Below, in pieces: positions 1 through 11,079 of a stretch of 64,000 nt of DNA. The position numbers and the translations under genes were made by a program. Where the stretch lies: positions 30,666,308-30,730,307 of the forward strand of contig NC_068984.1 in the NCBI RefSeq assembly GCF_001194135.2, in the 5' to 3' direction. The DNA is from Octopus bimaculoides. Taxonomy: Eukaryota. Positions within the stretch are counted from its first letter, which is position 1. Each line of letters begins with the position of its first letter. A model generated the notes under the pieces. It made no database searches and was not told the DNA's origin. It saw nothing but the letters and a program-made list of their open reading frames with translations.

Positions 1-316
1 GCGTGGCCGTTGCCAGTACCGCCTGACTGGCTCCTGTAGGATTTTCGAGCGAGATCATTGCCAGTGCCCCTGGACTGGCTTGTGCGGGTGGCACATAAAA
101 GACACCATTTCGAGCGTGGCCGTTTTCGTGCGGGTGACACGTAAAAGCACCCACTACACTCTCTGAGTGGTTGGCGTTAGGAAGGGCATCCAGCTGTAGA
201 AACTCTGCCAAATCAGAATGGAGCCTGGTGTTGCCATCCGGTTTCACCAGTCCTCAGTCAAATCGTCCAACCCATGCTAGCATGGAAAGCGGACGTTAAA
301 CGATGATGATGATGAT
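1..316 (+). mobile_element. 3' UTR/tail of an RTE-clade retroposon, with internal tandem units and a (GAT)n tail
   Basis: Near-identical to the 3' UTR attached to the RTE ORF at 21162-22380. Ends CCATGCTAGCATGGAAAGCGGACGTTAAAC(GAT)n. Confidence 0.8.
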
Positions 317-321
317 ACATA

Positions 322-502
322 TAAGGAGAGAAACAATGAACATGAGGATGTGCACAAGAGGTACATTAGTTTGATGTTTGATGAAAGGAGAGAGTTTAAC
401 CTTTTGATCATAGTTCTTCATCAGAAAGTGGAAAGGGGAAAAGTGCAAAGGAGAAGAAATTGCCAACAGACTGTGTGTAGTTACATTGCTGATGTGGTCA
501 AC
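322..502 (-). mobile_element. Short hammerhead-bearing element, degenerate copy F
   Basis: Minus strand 394-428 reads CTTT-CTGATGA-A-GAAC-TAT-GATC-AAAA-GG-TT-AAAC. The 3' end TTCTCTCCTTATATG resembles copies A-C. Confidence 0.5.
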
Positions 503-526
503 ATATATATATTTATATATACATAT

Positions 527-903
527 GGTGGTTGGCACTCCATCGGTTATGACGACGAGGGTTCCAGTTTATCCAATCAACGGAACAGCCTGCTCATGAA
601 ATTAATGTGCAAGTGGCTGAGCACTCCACAGACACATGTACCCATAACGTAGTTCTCGGGGAGATTCAGCGTGACACAGAGTGTGACAAGGCTGGCCCTT
701 TGAAATACAGGTACAGCAGAAACAGGAAGAAAGAATGAGAGAGAAAGTTGTGGTGAAAGAGTACAGCAGGGTTCGCCACCATTTGCTGCTGGACCCTCGT
801 GGAACTTTAGGTGTTTGCGCTCAATAAACTCTCACAACGCCCGGTCTGGGAATTAAAACCGTGATCCTACGACCACGAGTCCGCTGCCCTAATCACTGGG
901 CTA
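527..903 (-). mobile_element. tRNA-derived SINE (non-CORE middle, tail shared with 51630-51900)
   Basis: A-box-like TAGCCCAGTGATT and B-box-like GGTTTTAATTCC at the minus-strand 5' end. Segment 531-715 aligns with 51630-51800. Confidence 0.7.
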
Positions 904-928
904 TTGCACCTCCACATATATACATATA

Positions 929-1117
929 TAGGGAGAATTTTCAAAAAAAACAACAGGCAAAGACAGGTGGTGTAGAAAACAAATAGATGTATGAGTATAA
1001 GACTTGGGAACTGAAAAAGTCTTTAACGTTTCGAGCCTACGCTCTTCCACAGAAAGGAACACAGGAAGAAACAAGGAGAGAAAATAATGTGTGTAAGTAG
1101 TTAGTGATCTATCATGG
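929..1117 (-). mobile_element. Short hammerhead-bearing element, copy B
   Basis: Minus strand 1020-1057 reads CCTTT-CTGTGGA-A-GAGC-GTAG-GCTC-GAAA-CG-TT-AAAGA. Aligns end to end with 9885-10077 and 30033-30236. Confidence 0.75.
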
Positions 1118-1121
1118 CGTA

Positions 1122-1163
<42 letters not shown>

Positions 1164-1612
1164 TTTCTTGGGTATTTATAAATTTTCTTTGCAGACTGGT
1201 CATAACAATGAAACAAGGCTCTTTTGTTATGTGTGTAGACTTCTATGCATATATGAATGAATGTATGAATGCATGTATATGCATAACTGCTTATACAAAA
1301 ACCTAAAACTATGGTTAACAATCAGAGTAATCTAAATTTCATATTTTCATTGGTCATATTTAAAATATTTATTCTTTCCACAACTGGAATAACCAACAAA
1401 TTGGATTATAAATATCACAGTAAACTGAAAGTTGTTTACTCAATTGAAATAAAGTTTACATTTTCCTGTCTTTTGAAATACTCAGTAATATACTTTAAAA
1501 GCTATAATTGTTTGAAAAGAGGTTGATGATGGCAATCATAGTGTGTAAGATAGATCAAGTATTTCATTGGTAAGAAAATTATTTCTCATTAAATTTGTTG
1601 TATTTCTATAAT

Positions 1613-1752
1613 TTATGCTTTGATGTCAGACTTAGCATTAAACTTAAACAGCTTCTTCATAATTGCCTGAAAATCAGAGGCCAATTTCTTCTGCGAAGCT
1701 GATAGACGCACTGTACGTGAATTTTTGCCAAAATTACCCAGATGTAACATAT
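1613..1752 (-). CDS. Candidate terminal coding exon of an unidentified minus-strand gene (MLHLGNFGKNSRTVRLSASQKKLASDFQAIMKKLFKFNAKSDIKA*)
   Basis: AG acceptor at 1753-1754, phase 1, 45 open codons then TAA, and AATAAA about 240 nt downstream (1368-1373). Non-repetitive and protein-like; the acceptor tract is weak. Confidence 0.5.
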
Positions 1753-1896
1753 CTATAATTCAACAAAAGCTGATTTCAATATAATCCATGATGTTGAAAT
1801 TTTTTTCTTATATCATTGCTGTTAAAATAATTTCTAGCTTCCTAATATTATAAGGATAATAATAAACAAGCAAACAAACAAATAAATAAATACATA

Positions 1897-1953
<57 letters not shown>
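1897..1953. repeat. (AAT)n microsatellite at the 5' junction of an R4 fragment
   Basis: Read directly from the sequence. Confidence 0.95.
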
Positions 1954-1954
<1 letters not shown>

Positions 1955-2210
1955 TCAAAGATCATGAAGAAAAAAAATGCTTTCTAATTGACGTATCAAT
2001 ACCAGCAGATGACAACGTTTCTCTAAAAGAAATGGAAAAACTTTCAAAATACAAAGACCTGGAAATAGAGATAACTCGAATGTGGAATCTAAAAACAGAA
2101 ACAATTCCTATCATAGTAGGTGCCTTGGGTATAATAAAAAAATATTCAGACAAATACATAACAAAAACCCCAGGACTTACAAATATATATAACATACAGA
2201 AAATTGCACT
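1954..2210 (+). mobile_element. 5'-truncated R4/Dong/Rex6-clade non-LTR retrotransposon, restriction-like endonuclease C-terminus (copy 1)
   Basis: Translates VKDHEEKKCFLIDVSIPADDNVSLKEMEKLSKYKDLEIEITRMWNLKTETIPIIVGALG...QKIAL, matching the RLE tail pattern of R4-clade elements. Runs into an N gap. Confidence 0.85.
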
Positions 2211-2357
2211 NNNNNNNNNNNNNNNNNNNNNNNNNNNNNNNNNNNNNNNNNNNNNNNNNNNNNNNNNNNNNNNNNNNNNNNNNNNNNNNNNNNNNNNNNN
2301 NNNNNNNNNNNNNNNNNNNNNNNNNNNNNNNNNNNNNNNNNNNNNNNNNNNNNNNNN

Positions 2358-2389
<32 letters not shown>

Positions 2390-2391
<2 letters not shown>

Positions 2392-2635
2392 GATAGTGCT
2401 CATGGGAACTGCCCATATCCTACGTAAAATACTGTCTATGTGATCTCAAATTTTAAAACAAACACATAATTTTCTTATGGTTTCTTAAACATTCACTTGA
2501 ACAAAACTGTACAAATCCAAATATATGGTACCCTAGGCATAACACCTACATAAACTTCTAACTTGTTGTCTCTTGAGGTCTCTGGGTGAGACTTGGATCC
2601 AACTTGTACAAATGCAAAACAAAAGTCAAACATAA
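2390..2635 (+). mobile_element. R4/Dong-clade 3' end (copy 2): last codons plus 3' UTR, flanked by (TAA)n on both sides
   Basis: KIVLMGTAHILRKILSM* (stop 2441-2443). (ATA)n at 2358-2390 and (TAA)n from about 2635. Confidence 0.75.
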
Positions 2636-2800
2636 AATAATAATAATAATAATAATAATAATGACGATGATGATGATGATAATAATAATAATAATAACTA
2701 GCTGGACTTGTGAAAAATTCACGGAAAATATAAAAAATGTAAGTGTCTGTAAATTGTGAGCTGGTGCCATAAGAAATGTTTCTATACTGTGACAGTTAAA

Positions 2801-3020
2801 GGGCAGCAAGCTGGCAGAATCATTAGCACGCCAGGCAAAATGCTTAGTGGTATTTTGTCTGTCTTTACGTTCTGAGTTCAAATTCTGCAGAGGTTGACTT
2901 ACCTTTCATCGTTTTGGGGTAGATAAATTAAGTACCAGTTGCGCACTGGGGTCGATCTAATTGACTGGCCACCTCCCCTCGAAAATTTCAGGACCTGTGC
3001 CTATAATAGAAAAGTATATT
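2801..3020 (+). mobile_element. tRNA-derived SINE with a GCCTTTCATCC...GATAAATTAAGTACCAG central domain
   Basis: Aligns along its length with 27785-27997 and with many partial copies in the window. Confidence 0.8.
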
Positions 3021-3196
3021 GCGACTGTTACAGAATATACAAAGAAGTGTAAAACTGATAACTATATAATCCAACCAAAATATCTCAGTTACACAAACAT
3101 AAACAGAATTACTGTTCAGCCTTAAAATACATCGTACATATTCAAAGAACCCTCTTGGTTTAGTGGTACGGAACGATTTTCTTGTATTCTTTTATT

Positions 3197-3360
3197 CTTT
3201 TACTTGTTTCAGTCATTTGGCGGTGGCCATACTGGAGTACCACCCTTTAGTTGAAGAATTTGACTCCTGGACTTATTCCCTGTAAGCCTGGTGTTTATTC
3301 TGTCAGTCTCTCCTGTTGAACAGCTAAGTTACAGGGATGCAAACACAGACACAAACACAC

Positions 3361-3362
<2 letters not shown>
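3197..3362 (-). mobile_element. 3' half of the SINE family seen full-length at 20333-20730
   Basis: Aligns with 20333-20540. Confidence 0.7.
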
Positions 3363-3405
<43 letters not shown>

Positions 3406-3410
<5 letters not shown>

Positions 3411-3777
3411 GGATTGCTGCTGGCTGGTATGATTTTGTAGTTTGCTGGTATGCCGAGTGAGATCCAGCTCTGTCTTTCATATTTTCTAAGTACAGTTGCC
3501 TTTGCTCTTGACTCGTGTACTCAATTCTGTTGATCTCTACCTCTCTTATTTTGAAAATGCACTTCTTTTGGTCCTGGCTCATTTGTTCTATCCTTTGTTG
3601 ATTTCTTTCCCTCCTCTGCCATAGGATACACTCCCTCTCCTCTTGGTTTCTTCCATTTCTTCTCTGTCTTATCCTCACGCGATTTTGATTCCTTATTTCC
3701 TCCCACTGTTCCTCATGCAACCATTCTCTCCTTCTATGCTGATGCTCTCGTGCTGTATCCCTGATGCCGTTATCCAT
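3406..3777 (-). CDS. 123-aa Arg/Glu/Gln-rich ORF with four ~23-residue repeats (STPR-like), probably a transposon relic
   Basis: ATG at 3777 in an A-rich context. Repeats: LHEEQWEEIRNQNRVRIRQRRNG / RNQEERECILWQRRERNQQRIEQ / MSQDQKKCIFKIREVEINRIEY / TSQEQRQLYLENMKDRAGSHSAY. Confidence 0.45.
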
Positions 3778-3964
3778 ATTTTTTAACTTGTTATTAAAAC
3801 AATAAATCTCTAAAATGATCCAAAGTGTTTCGATGAGACAGTTTTTGTTTAAAAAGTGAAAATATTTCTGAAATACACACCTAATATGCAAGGACACAGT
3901 ATATAGGATATGATAATTAATTATATTGTAGGAAAATAAAAAGTAAAGGGCAAAAATAGAATTA

Positions 3965-4141
3965 ATGTTTTGGATTTTGTTTGGCTCAATGGATTCAAAC
4001 TTTTTTAAAATGTTTTCGTCAGTTGCTTGATACAAAAAAAAAAGAATTTGGAAAAATCCTGATGAAAATAGATAAATTCTAACTTAACAAAAGATATAGA
4101 AAGAGAAAGTTGTGCTTAATTCCTCTACAAAACACTTATTA

Positions 4142-4208
<67 letters not shown>

Positions 4209-4535
4209 TTCTTATGTGTGTGTGTGTGTGTGTGTGTGTCTTTTAGTTTTTGTTTAATTATACACATCAACAAATGAGCCAATCGAACAACTCTGTGTGG
4301 TTGTTCAATCTGCTAAAAATAACAGCCAAATCTCTCTCATACTACACTCTTGTTAGTATTACAGAAAGGGAAAAAACAGAATATTTTTGATGTTGTTCAG
4401 CTCTATGAATTTAATTTCTTTTTTAAATGCTTTCGTCCATTACTTGATACAAGAAAAAGGAAATTGAAAAAATCCTGACCACAACAGAGAAATTATAACT
4501 TAACAAAAACATATAGAAAGAGAAAGAAAAAGTTG
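3965..4535. repeat. Diverged direct repeat, about 150 bp (3965-4112 and 4383-4535)
   Basis: Shared blocks TTCGTC..TTGATACAA..AAAATCCTGA..AACTTAACAAAA..ATATAGAAAGAGAAAG in the same order. Confidence 0.75.
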
Positions 4536-5074
4536 CATTTGAAAGCCATAAGATGTTTTTTTTAGCTGAAGTGTGATTTTATAATTAAAGCAAATTCAAA
4601 TTTTAAATTTCAGAGCATAAGACTTTACATGTTATCAGGTGTATGGCCAAATTCAAATGGGTAGAAGACCTAAAACAAATGTGTGCGTGTGTTTGGGGTT
4701 GGGCCTTTAATTCAATTCCAGTCATAGAAAAGAATTCAAATACCTATCAGCCACTCACTCTCACTCTCTCTCTTTCTCTCTCATTTCCTCTCTCTCTTGC
4801 TTGACACATGCATCAAATTTAAATATCATAATTTTCTCATTATGATTGTTGTTGCTTCGATGGCCCAGTAGGCATGGGCATTGAGACAAAGAAATACAAC
4901 ACATATGTAATGGTTTCTAATCTCCTCCAGAAATTACAAATGATCTAGTTAAAATTTTTTATCTTAGTAACAAAATTCCTTTCAACAATTTTTTCTCTTA
5001 AGCGTGACACACACATCAGGTATGTACTAAAAACAAATTGGCATATTAATATTATCGATTATAAGATTAATAAG

Positions 5075-5310
5075 CCCTGATGGAGTACCAGGCAGTGGCT
5101 CTCATGGCTTCTGACCTTAGCTGATTGGAGGTGTTATCATGTACATTGTTTTGTCTTCCTATAAAAGACGGGCTACAGCAAATATTCTGCTCAATACCAC
5201 AGGTTTGCTTGTCAGTTGTTTGACCATAGCCAGTTGAGCATGTCCCTTAATGGCTTGCAATATGTGCATCTCTAATCACGAGCAGAAGTAGCTGGGGAGC
5301 ATCATATGGC
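5075..5310. mobile_element. Probable interspersed repeat, family unassigned
   Basis: GC-richer block with sharp edges that resembles a common octopus repeat from memory only. No second copy found in the window. Confidence 0.3.
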
Positions 5311-6346
5311 CAGTAAACAAGAGTCACCTTAGTCTGCTGGATGTGGATAGCTGACATTTTTCATTATACCTAGCAAAGTTGATAGTTTCCATCAAATAAT
5401 AATGACAACAACAACAACAACGTTTAGAGAATAAAGCATATGATTAATTTTTAAGATGATATTTCCAATTAGTTTTAAAATTCAGCCAAATTAATATGTA
5501 AAATGTTTTGTGAATTAGGTAAATGCAAAGAAAGGAAGAAAAATGTACGTCAGGTTTTTAATGAAATATATGAAATGCAAACTAAGATACTGCTTGTTAG
5601 ATTTCTTTCATTTTTACAGTTTATTTACATATTTTGTTTTTAATGATATTACTGTATAACTTTCAATATATATTCTTATCACTGCGATTTCTTACTCTTA
5701 GTTTACATTGCAAACATTGTTGCTATTTATACAATTAAAAGAACAAACAAAAATATCAATGTCGATAAATATATTTAAAAGAAATTATTCAAGTAATAGC
5801 ACAGTATGTAAGCCATCAATTTTAATTGAATTAATACACTTAGTGTTACTCATAGGAAAATGGAAAAAAGAAAAGTCACCAACCCTAGCTACCCACATAA
5901 TGTTTTTCTGCAATTCATATAGCAAAAACTAATTAAACAATACACTTTTGCCAGTGCTTTTATGCAATGAGGTCATTTACATTTTCCAGGAAGCTGGGGG
6001 AAGTGCTAAGATAATGAATATAGCATTATTAATTTCTATAATTGAAGAATTGCGAACTGGTAAGAGATTACAGAACATTATAGATGAAAAGAATCTAAGG
6101 TGACTTACTACTGTTAGAACTATTAAAAAACAAACAAAAAAAAAACAATCCCAGTTATACATACATATTCATTAATGAATTTTGGTGTATAATTGAGTCT
6201 ATGTAAGTATATTTTTATATTTTTATATATGTATGTTTTTATGTACATCTTAACCTAGCTAGCCAGCTATCTACATCAACTTCACATTCAAAGATACACA
6301 CATACATACCTGAATGCATACATATATGTAAATATATGTATACATG

Positions 6347-6434
<88 letters not shown>

Positions 6435-6544
6435 CATATATTTATATATTCAATAATAATAAAGGGTAAAATTAATTAATTAATTAATAATTGATAATTT
6501 TACCAAGTAGTTTGGTATGTTAAAATAACCTTTATTGGTAACCT

Positions 6545-7129
6545 TATACAAAAATTCTATAATTATAAGCATAATTATAATTAGGGTTCAGCAAATTGCT
6601 TCACCACATACCGAACTGGTTCTATTCTGATGACTGGCAAGCTAACAATCTCAGGAAGGATAAAAGACAAAATTGACTTCAGCAGTATTTGAACTCAGAA
6701 TATAACGACAGACAAAATACTGGGCTAAGCATTTTGCCCAGCATACTAATGATTCTGCCAGTTCTGACTCGTCTGTATAAATTCAGAAGTGCTGGCTTTT
6801 GGGATATTAGCTATTTGATGTCACTCGGTTGAATACGTATTTAATTATTAGTACTCTCAAATTTACAATTGAAATACTACACCGAAGATGGAAATAAGTG
6901 GGTAAAAATAAAATTTTACATCTCTTTAATCCAGAAACGCATATGTAGTTGATCAAAGAAGGGTGGATTCGTTATTTTTTCTCTTTAACTACGTGAATTG
7001 AGAGTATTGCTCTCTGGGAGATATCTGATGGTAGAGGAACAGTATTTAACTGTTATTTTTAAATTTCAGTATGTGGTGAAGCAATTTTCTGAACCTTAAT
7101 TATAACTATGCTTATAATTATAGAATTTT

Positions 7130-7135
<6 letters not shown>
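6545..7135. mobile_element. Element bounded by 71-bp inverted repeats, containing a SINE fragment and a hammerhead-like motif; possibly Penelope-like
   Basis: 6545-6615 is the reverse complement of 7065-7135 with 4 mismatches. (TA)n lies just beyond the right arm and upstream of the left arm. Confidence 0.65.
6876..6949 (+). ncRNA. Degenerate type I hammerhead ribozyme motif with a long stem II loop
   Basis: Stem I ACTACA/TGTAGT, core CCGAAGA (U4C), stem II TGGA/TCCA, GAAA, then CGCATA (restores to palindromic ACGCGT by one transition). Confidence 0.5.
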
Positions 7136-7169
<34 letters not shown>

Positions 7170-7474
7170 TATGTTTATATAAATACGTCTATATGTATGT
7201 ATACACAAGTAGGCAAACAAATGAAATATCACTCAACACATTTAGTTGGGAGTTGTAGGTTTTAAATGAAAGGCTGACTCATCTCTATAATCACTATAAA
7301 GTCATTCTAAGAGAACTTTATTCATTTTTAGGTGTAATGTAAATTGGTTGCATTCACACGGTGTTCACTATGTGCTCAAATGTTCACAAACAGTTTTGAG
7401 ATATAATTTTATTTCACATCAAACACTTATGTACATCCCCTCACTCTAAATATATATTTGTAATTTCATGTTTA

Positions 7475-7527
7475 TCTATCTGTCTGGCTAGCTAGCTAGA
7501 GCTATCTATCATCTATCTATCTATCTG

Positions 7528-7596
<69 letters not shown>

Positions 7597-7597
7597 A

Positions 7598-7636
<39 letters not shown>

Positions 7637-7660
7637 GTATGTGTGTGTGTGTGTGTGTGT
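7475..7660. repeat. Compound microsatellite (TATC)n-(TGTC)n-(TG)n
   Basis: Read directly from the sequence. Confidence 0.95.
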
Positions 7661-7664
7661 ATGT

Positions 7665-7860
7665 AACCTCGTGGGCATCGGTACCATTTTCCTCTTTCTC
7701 CGTTCTTCCATTCTCCGAACTTTCCATCTTTCCGACGAAGGGCTACGCCCGAAACGTCATACACTCTCTCTTTCCTTTCCTGAGCGTCCAATAATACTAT
7801 CCATATCACGTCCTCACTTTGTTGTTTTTTTGTGTTTTTGTTATTGTGTTTTTGAACTAT
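7665..7860 (+). mobile_element. Short hammerhead-bearing element, copy D (diverged subfamily)
   Basis: 7732-7758 reads CCGACGA-A-GGGC-TAC-GCCC-GAAA-CG-TC, followed by the family motif TTCCTGAGCGTC and then (TA)n. Confidence 0.65.
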
Positions 7861-8508
7861 ATATATATATATATNNNNNNNNNNNNNNNNNNNNNNNNNN
7901 NNNNNNNNNNNNNNNNNNNNNNNNNNNNNNNNNNNNNNNNNNNNNNNNNNNNNNNNNNNNNNNNNNNNNNNNNNNNNNNNNNNNNNNNNNNNNNNNNNNN
8001 NNNNNNNNNNNNNNNNNNNNNNNNNNNNNNNNNNNNNNNNNNNNNNNNNNNNNNNNNNNNNNNNNNNNNNNNNNNNNNNNNNNNNNNNNNNNNNNNNNNN
8101 NNNNNNNNNNNNNNNNNNNNNNNNNNNNNNNNNNNNNNNNNNNNNNNNNNNNNNNNNNNNNNNNNNNNNNNNNNNNNNNNNNNNNNNNNNNNNNNNNNNN
8201 NNNNNNNNNNNNNNNNNNNNNNNNNNNNNNNNNNNNNNNNNNNNNNNNNNNNNNNNNNNNNNNNNNNNNNNNNNNNNNNNNNNNNNNNNNNNNNNNNNNN
8301 NNNNNNNNNNNNNNNNNNNNNNNNNNNNNNNNNNNNNNNNNNNNNNNNNNNNNNNNNNNNNNNNNNNNNNNNNNNNNNNNNNNNNNNNNNNNNNNNNNNN
8401 NNNNNNNNNNNNNNNNNNNNNNNNNNNNNNNNNNNNNNNNNNNNNNNNNNNNNNNNNNNNNNNNNNNNNNNNNNNNNNNNNNNNNNNNNNNNNNNNNNNN
8501 NNNATATA

Positions 8509-8850
8509 TACAAGGTACAATGAATAAACTATCGTCTATATTACATAAAAATGAAAATAACACTGACATCCCATTTTAACATATATTTACCAAAATTACA
8601 TAAAAATATCTTGAAACATTCTAAACAGTAAATTTATTCAATAAAATCGCCATTGGCTTCAACTATGGCTTCCAGATGACTTCAGAATCTCCTGCAACTC
8701 TTCTGGACTGTCTCCTTGATCATATTGGTAAATGCTGCCATAATCCTTGCCTTCAGTTCATCTTCGTTGTTTCTAGGAGTTTTGTTGGTCCCTTGCTCAA
8801 CTGTGCTCACACATAATAATAAAGTGGGTTGCAGTCTGGGAACTTAGGTA
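8509..8850 (-). mobile_element. 3' end of a maT-like (DD37D-type) Tc1/mariner transposon
   Basis: Minus-strand translation, with one frameshift: PDCNPLYYYV..EQGTNKTPRNNEDELKARIMAAFTNMIKETVQKSCRRF*SHLEAIVEANGDFIE*. Putative terminus TA-CAAGGTACAATG at 8509. Confidence 0.7.
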
Positions 8851-9599
8851 AAAGAGTAAGTATTTTCTTCAGAAAGACTGACAAAATGTCACTCAGTATT
8901 TTGTCCTGCATACTAGCAATTCTGCCAGCTCACAATGTCACCATTATATAATGCTTTGGCAATGTTTCTACTGGTGAATCTGAATCGATGTTGAAACAAT
9001 TGTAGTGTTATGCAATGAGATGTGTTGCTCAATCCATCTATTATTCTTATTTTATACTCTCTCACACACACACACGCGCGCACACATACACACACACCCA
9101 CACACACACACACACACACACACAACACAGTATTATTGTCTGTGCTACACAGACAATAATAAAGACACAGAAAATTTGGACAAAAGAAAACTAGTAAAGA
9201 TTTACCATTTACCATGTAAGGAAAGATATTTGTACTCTAGAACACTTTTTGATTGCTGCAGTTGGAACTGTGTCAGATTGCAAAAGTTTTCAAGTAATAA
9301 ATCCTTTGTGATTTGGGCTTTCTATTTCTTTCTTTGATATATTTATTTCTTAGAATCAATACATTTCAGCTGAAGAGAACAGACATATAATTAAGAGAAT
9401 ATCCTGTAAAAGTAATTAGACAAATACAATGGAATTGTTATGCTGAGGATTATGTTATTCCTGAGACAGAAGTTCCATTTAAGTAAATGAAAATGAAAAA
9501 ATCCATATACAAGCATTTAATTGTGATATGTGTCTCTGTGCATATATATACATGTACATTGGATACACAGAAAAAATCTAGAGAACAAATGTTAGATAT

Positions 9600-9720
9600 G
9601 TGGCTGTGTGGTAAGTAGTTTACTTCCCAATCACATAATTATGGGTTCAGTCCCACTGTGTGGAACCTTCAGCAGATGTCTTTTACTATAGCACAAAGCA
9701 GACTAAAGCCTTGAGGGTCG
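9600..9720 (+). mobile_element. 5' fragment of a tRNA/CORE-like SINE
   Basis: Aligns with the head of 20333-20730. Confidence 0.65.
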
Positions 9721-9884
9721 ATTTTTCCAAGCCTAATACCTAAAAACCTTTCTCACCACTTTCTCTCATGTTTTCCTTGATCTACTCTTTCCACCACATG
9801 TTCTTTCCATAATTATATATAAATATATATATACATGTAGATATAGGTATTTACATACATGTACGTATATATATATATATATAT

Positions 9885-10077
9885 GATTGACCGTTGACTG
9901 AACACTATTCAATTTTTTTTCTCCGTGTTTTTCTCCTTGTCTCCGTATTCTTTCTGTTGAAGAGCGTAGCTCGAAACGTCAAAGACTTTCCGTATTCCCG
10001 AGCGTCATACTAATATATACTTTTGTTATTTACACCACCTGTCCTCGTCTGTTGTTATTATTTGTATATTCTCCCAT
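9885..10077 (+). mobile_element. Short hammerhead-bearing element, copy A
   Basis: 9949-9985 reads TCTTT-CTGTTGA-A-GAGC-GTA-GCTC-GAAA-CG-TC-AAAGA. (TA)n on the 5' side and after the downstream gap. Confidence 0.75.
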
Positions 10078-10353
10078 NNNNNNNNNNNNNNNNNNNNNNN
10101 NNNNNNNNNNNNNNNNNNNNNNNNNNNNNNNNNNNNNNNNNNNNNNNNNNNNNNNNNNNNNNNNNNNNNNNNNNNNNNNNNNNNNNNNNNNNNNNNNNNN
10201 NNNNNNNNNNNNNNNNNNNNNNNNNNNNNNNNNNNNNNNNNNNNNNNNNNNNNNNNNNNNNNNNNNNNNNNNNNNNNNNNNNNNNNTACATATATATATA
10301 TATATATAGTACTATTTTTTCCACCTTGTTTTGCATTTATGTGCTTACTCTGG

Positions 10354-10379
<26 letters not shown>

Positions 10380-10384
<5 letters not shown>

Positions 10385-10562
10385 TAATTCTAAAACAGAG
10401 AAAAAAGCAAAAAAAAAAAGCAGACGTTGTACAAGCAATGTATTAATGTGACGCTCAAAAAAGGAAAGAGTAGTTGTTTCATATTTCGAACATAGCTCTT
10501 CTTCAGAAACAGGAAAGTCCAAAGGGAAGAAGTAAGAAGGAGGAAAAAATTGCCAATGATCC
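10380..10562 (-). mobile_element. Short hammerhead-bearing element, copy E
   Basis: Minus strand 10475-10511 reads TGTTT-CTGAAGA-A-GAGC-TAT-GTTC-GAAA-TA-TG-AAACA. Downstream TTGAGCGTC motif; ends in (TA)n. Confidence 0.65.
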
Positions 10563-11079
10563 ATGTGTGTGTGTATTAGCGTCTGTGTTTAGTAGTGTGT
10601 GTGTGTGTGCGGTAGTGTGTGGTAGTGTGTGTGTGTGTGGTAGCATATGTATGTTTGATAGCATGTGTGTGTATGTGGCAGTAACTGTTTGTATATGTGT
10701 GAAATTACTGGTCATATATCATCACCATCAAGTAATTACATATGAATTATATAGTTGCATCTCTTTTTATTTTCCCATCTATTTAAATTTTGCTGGCCAC
10801 TATATCACCCGGTGTTCAGAATATCATACTGAACACTGGGCAGATGTATTTCATACCTACACCCTCATAAAAGTTGAAGACCACTTAATTTGGCAGTAAC
10901 ACACAACATGAAAGTGAACATATTCCAAATAAAATAAGACTAAAGATTCTCAATACACCTCAGTTGAGGCCACTTAAAGAAGAATGAACAAAACACGCAC
11001 ACAGTCACAGATACACATGCAGACACGCATGCAACCACACTCACGCACACACATAGAGGTGTAATAGCGAGATAGATAC

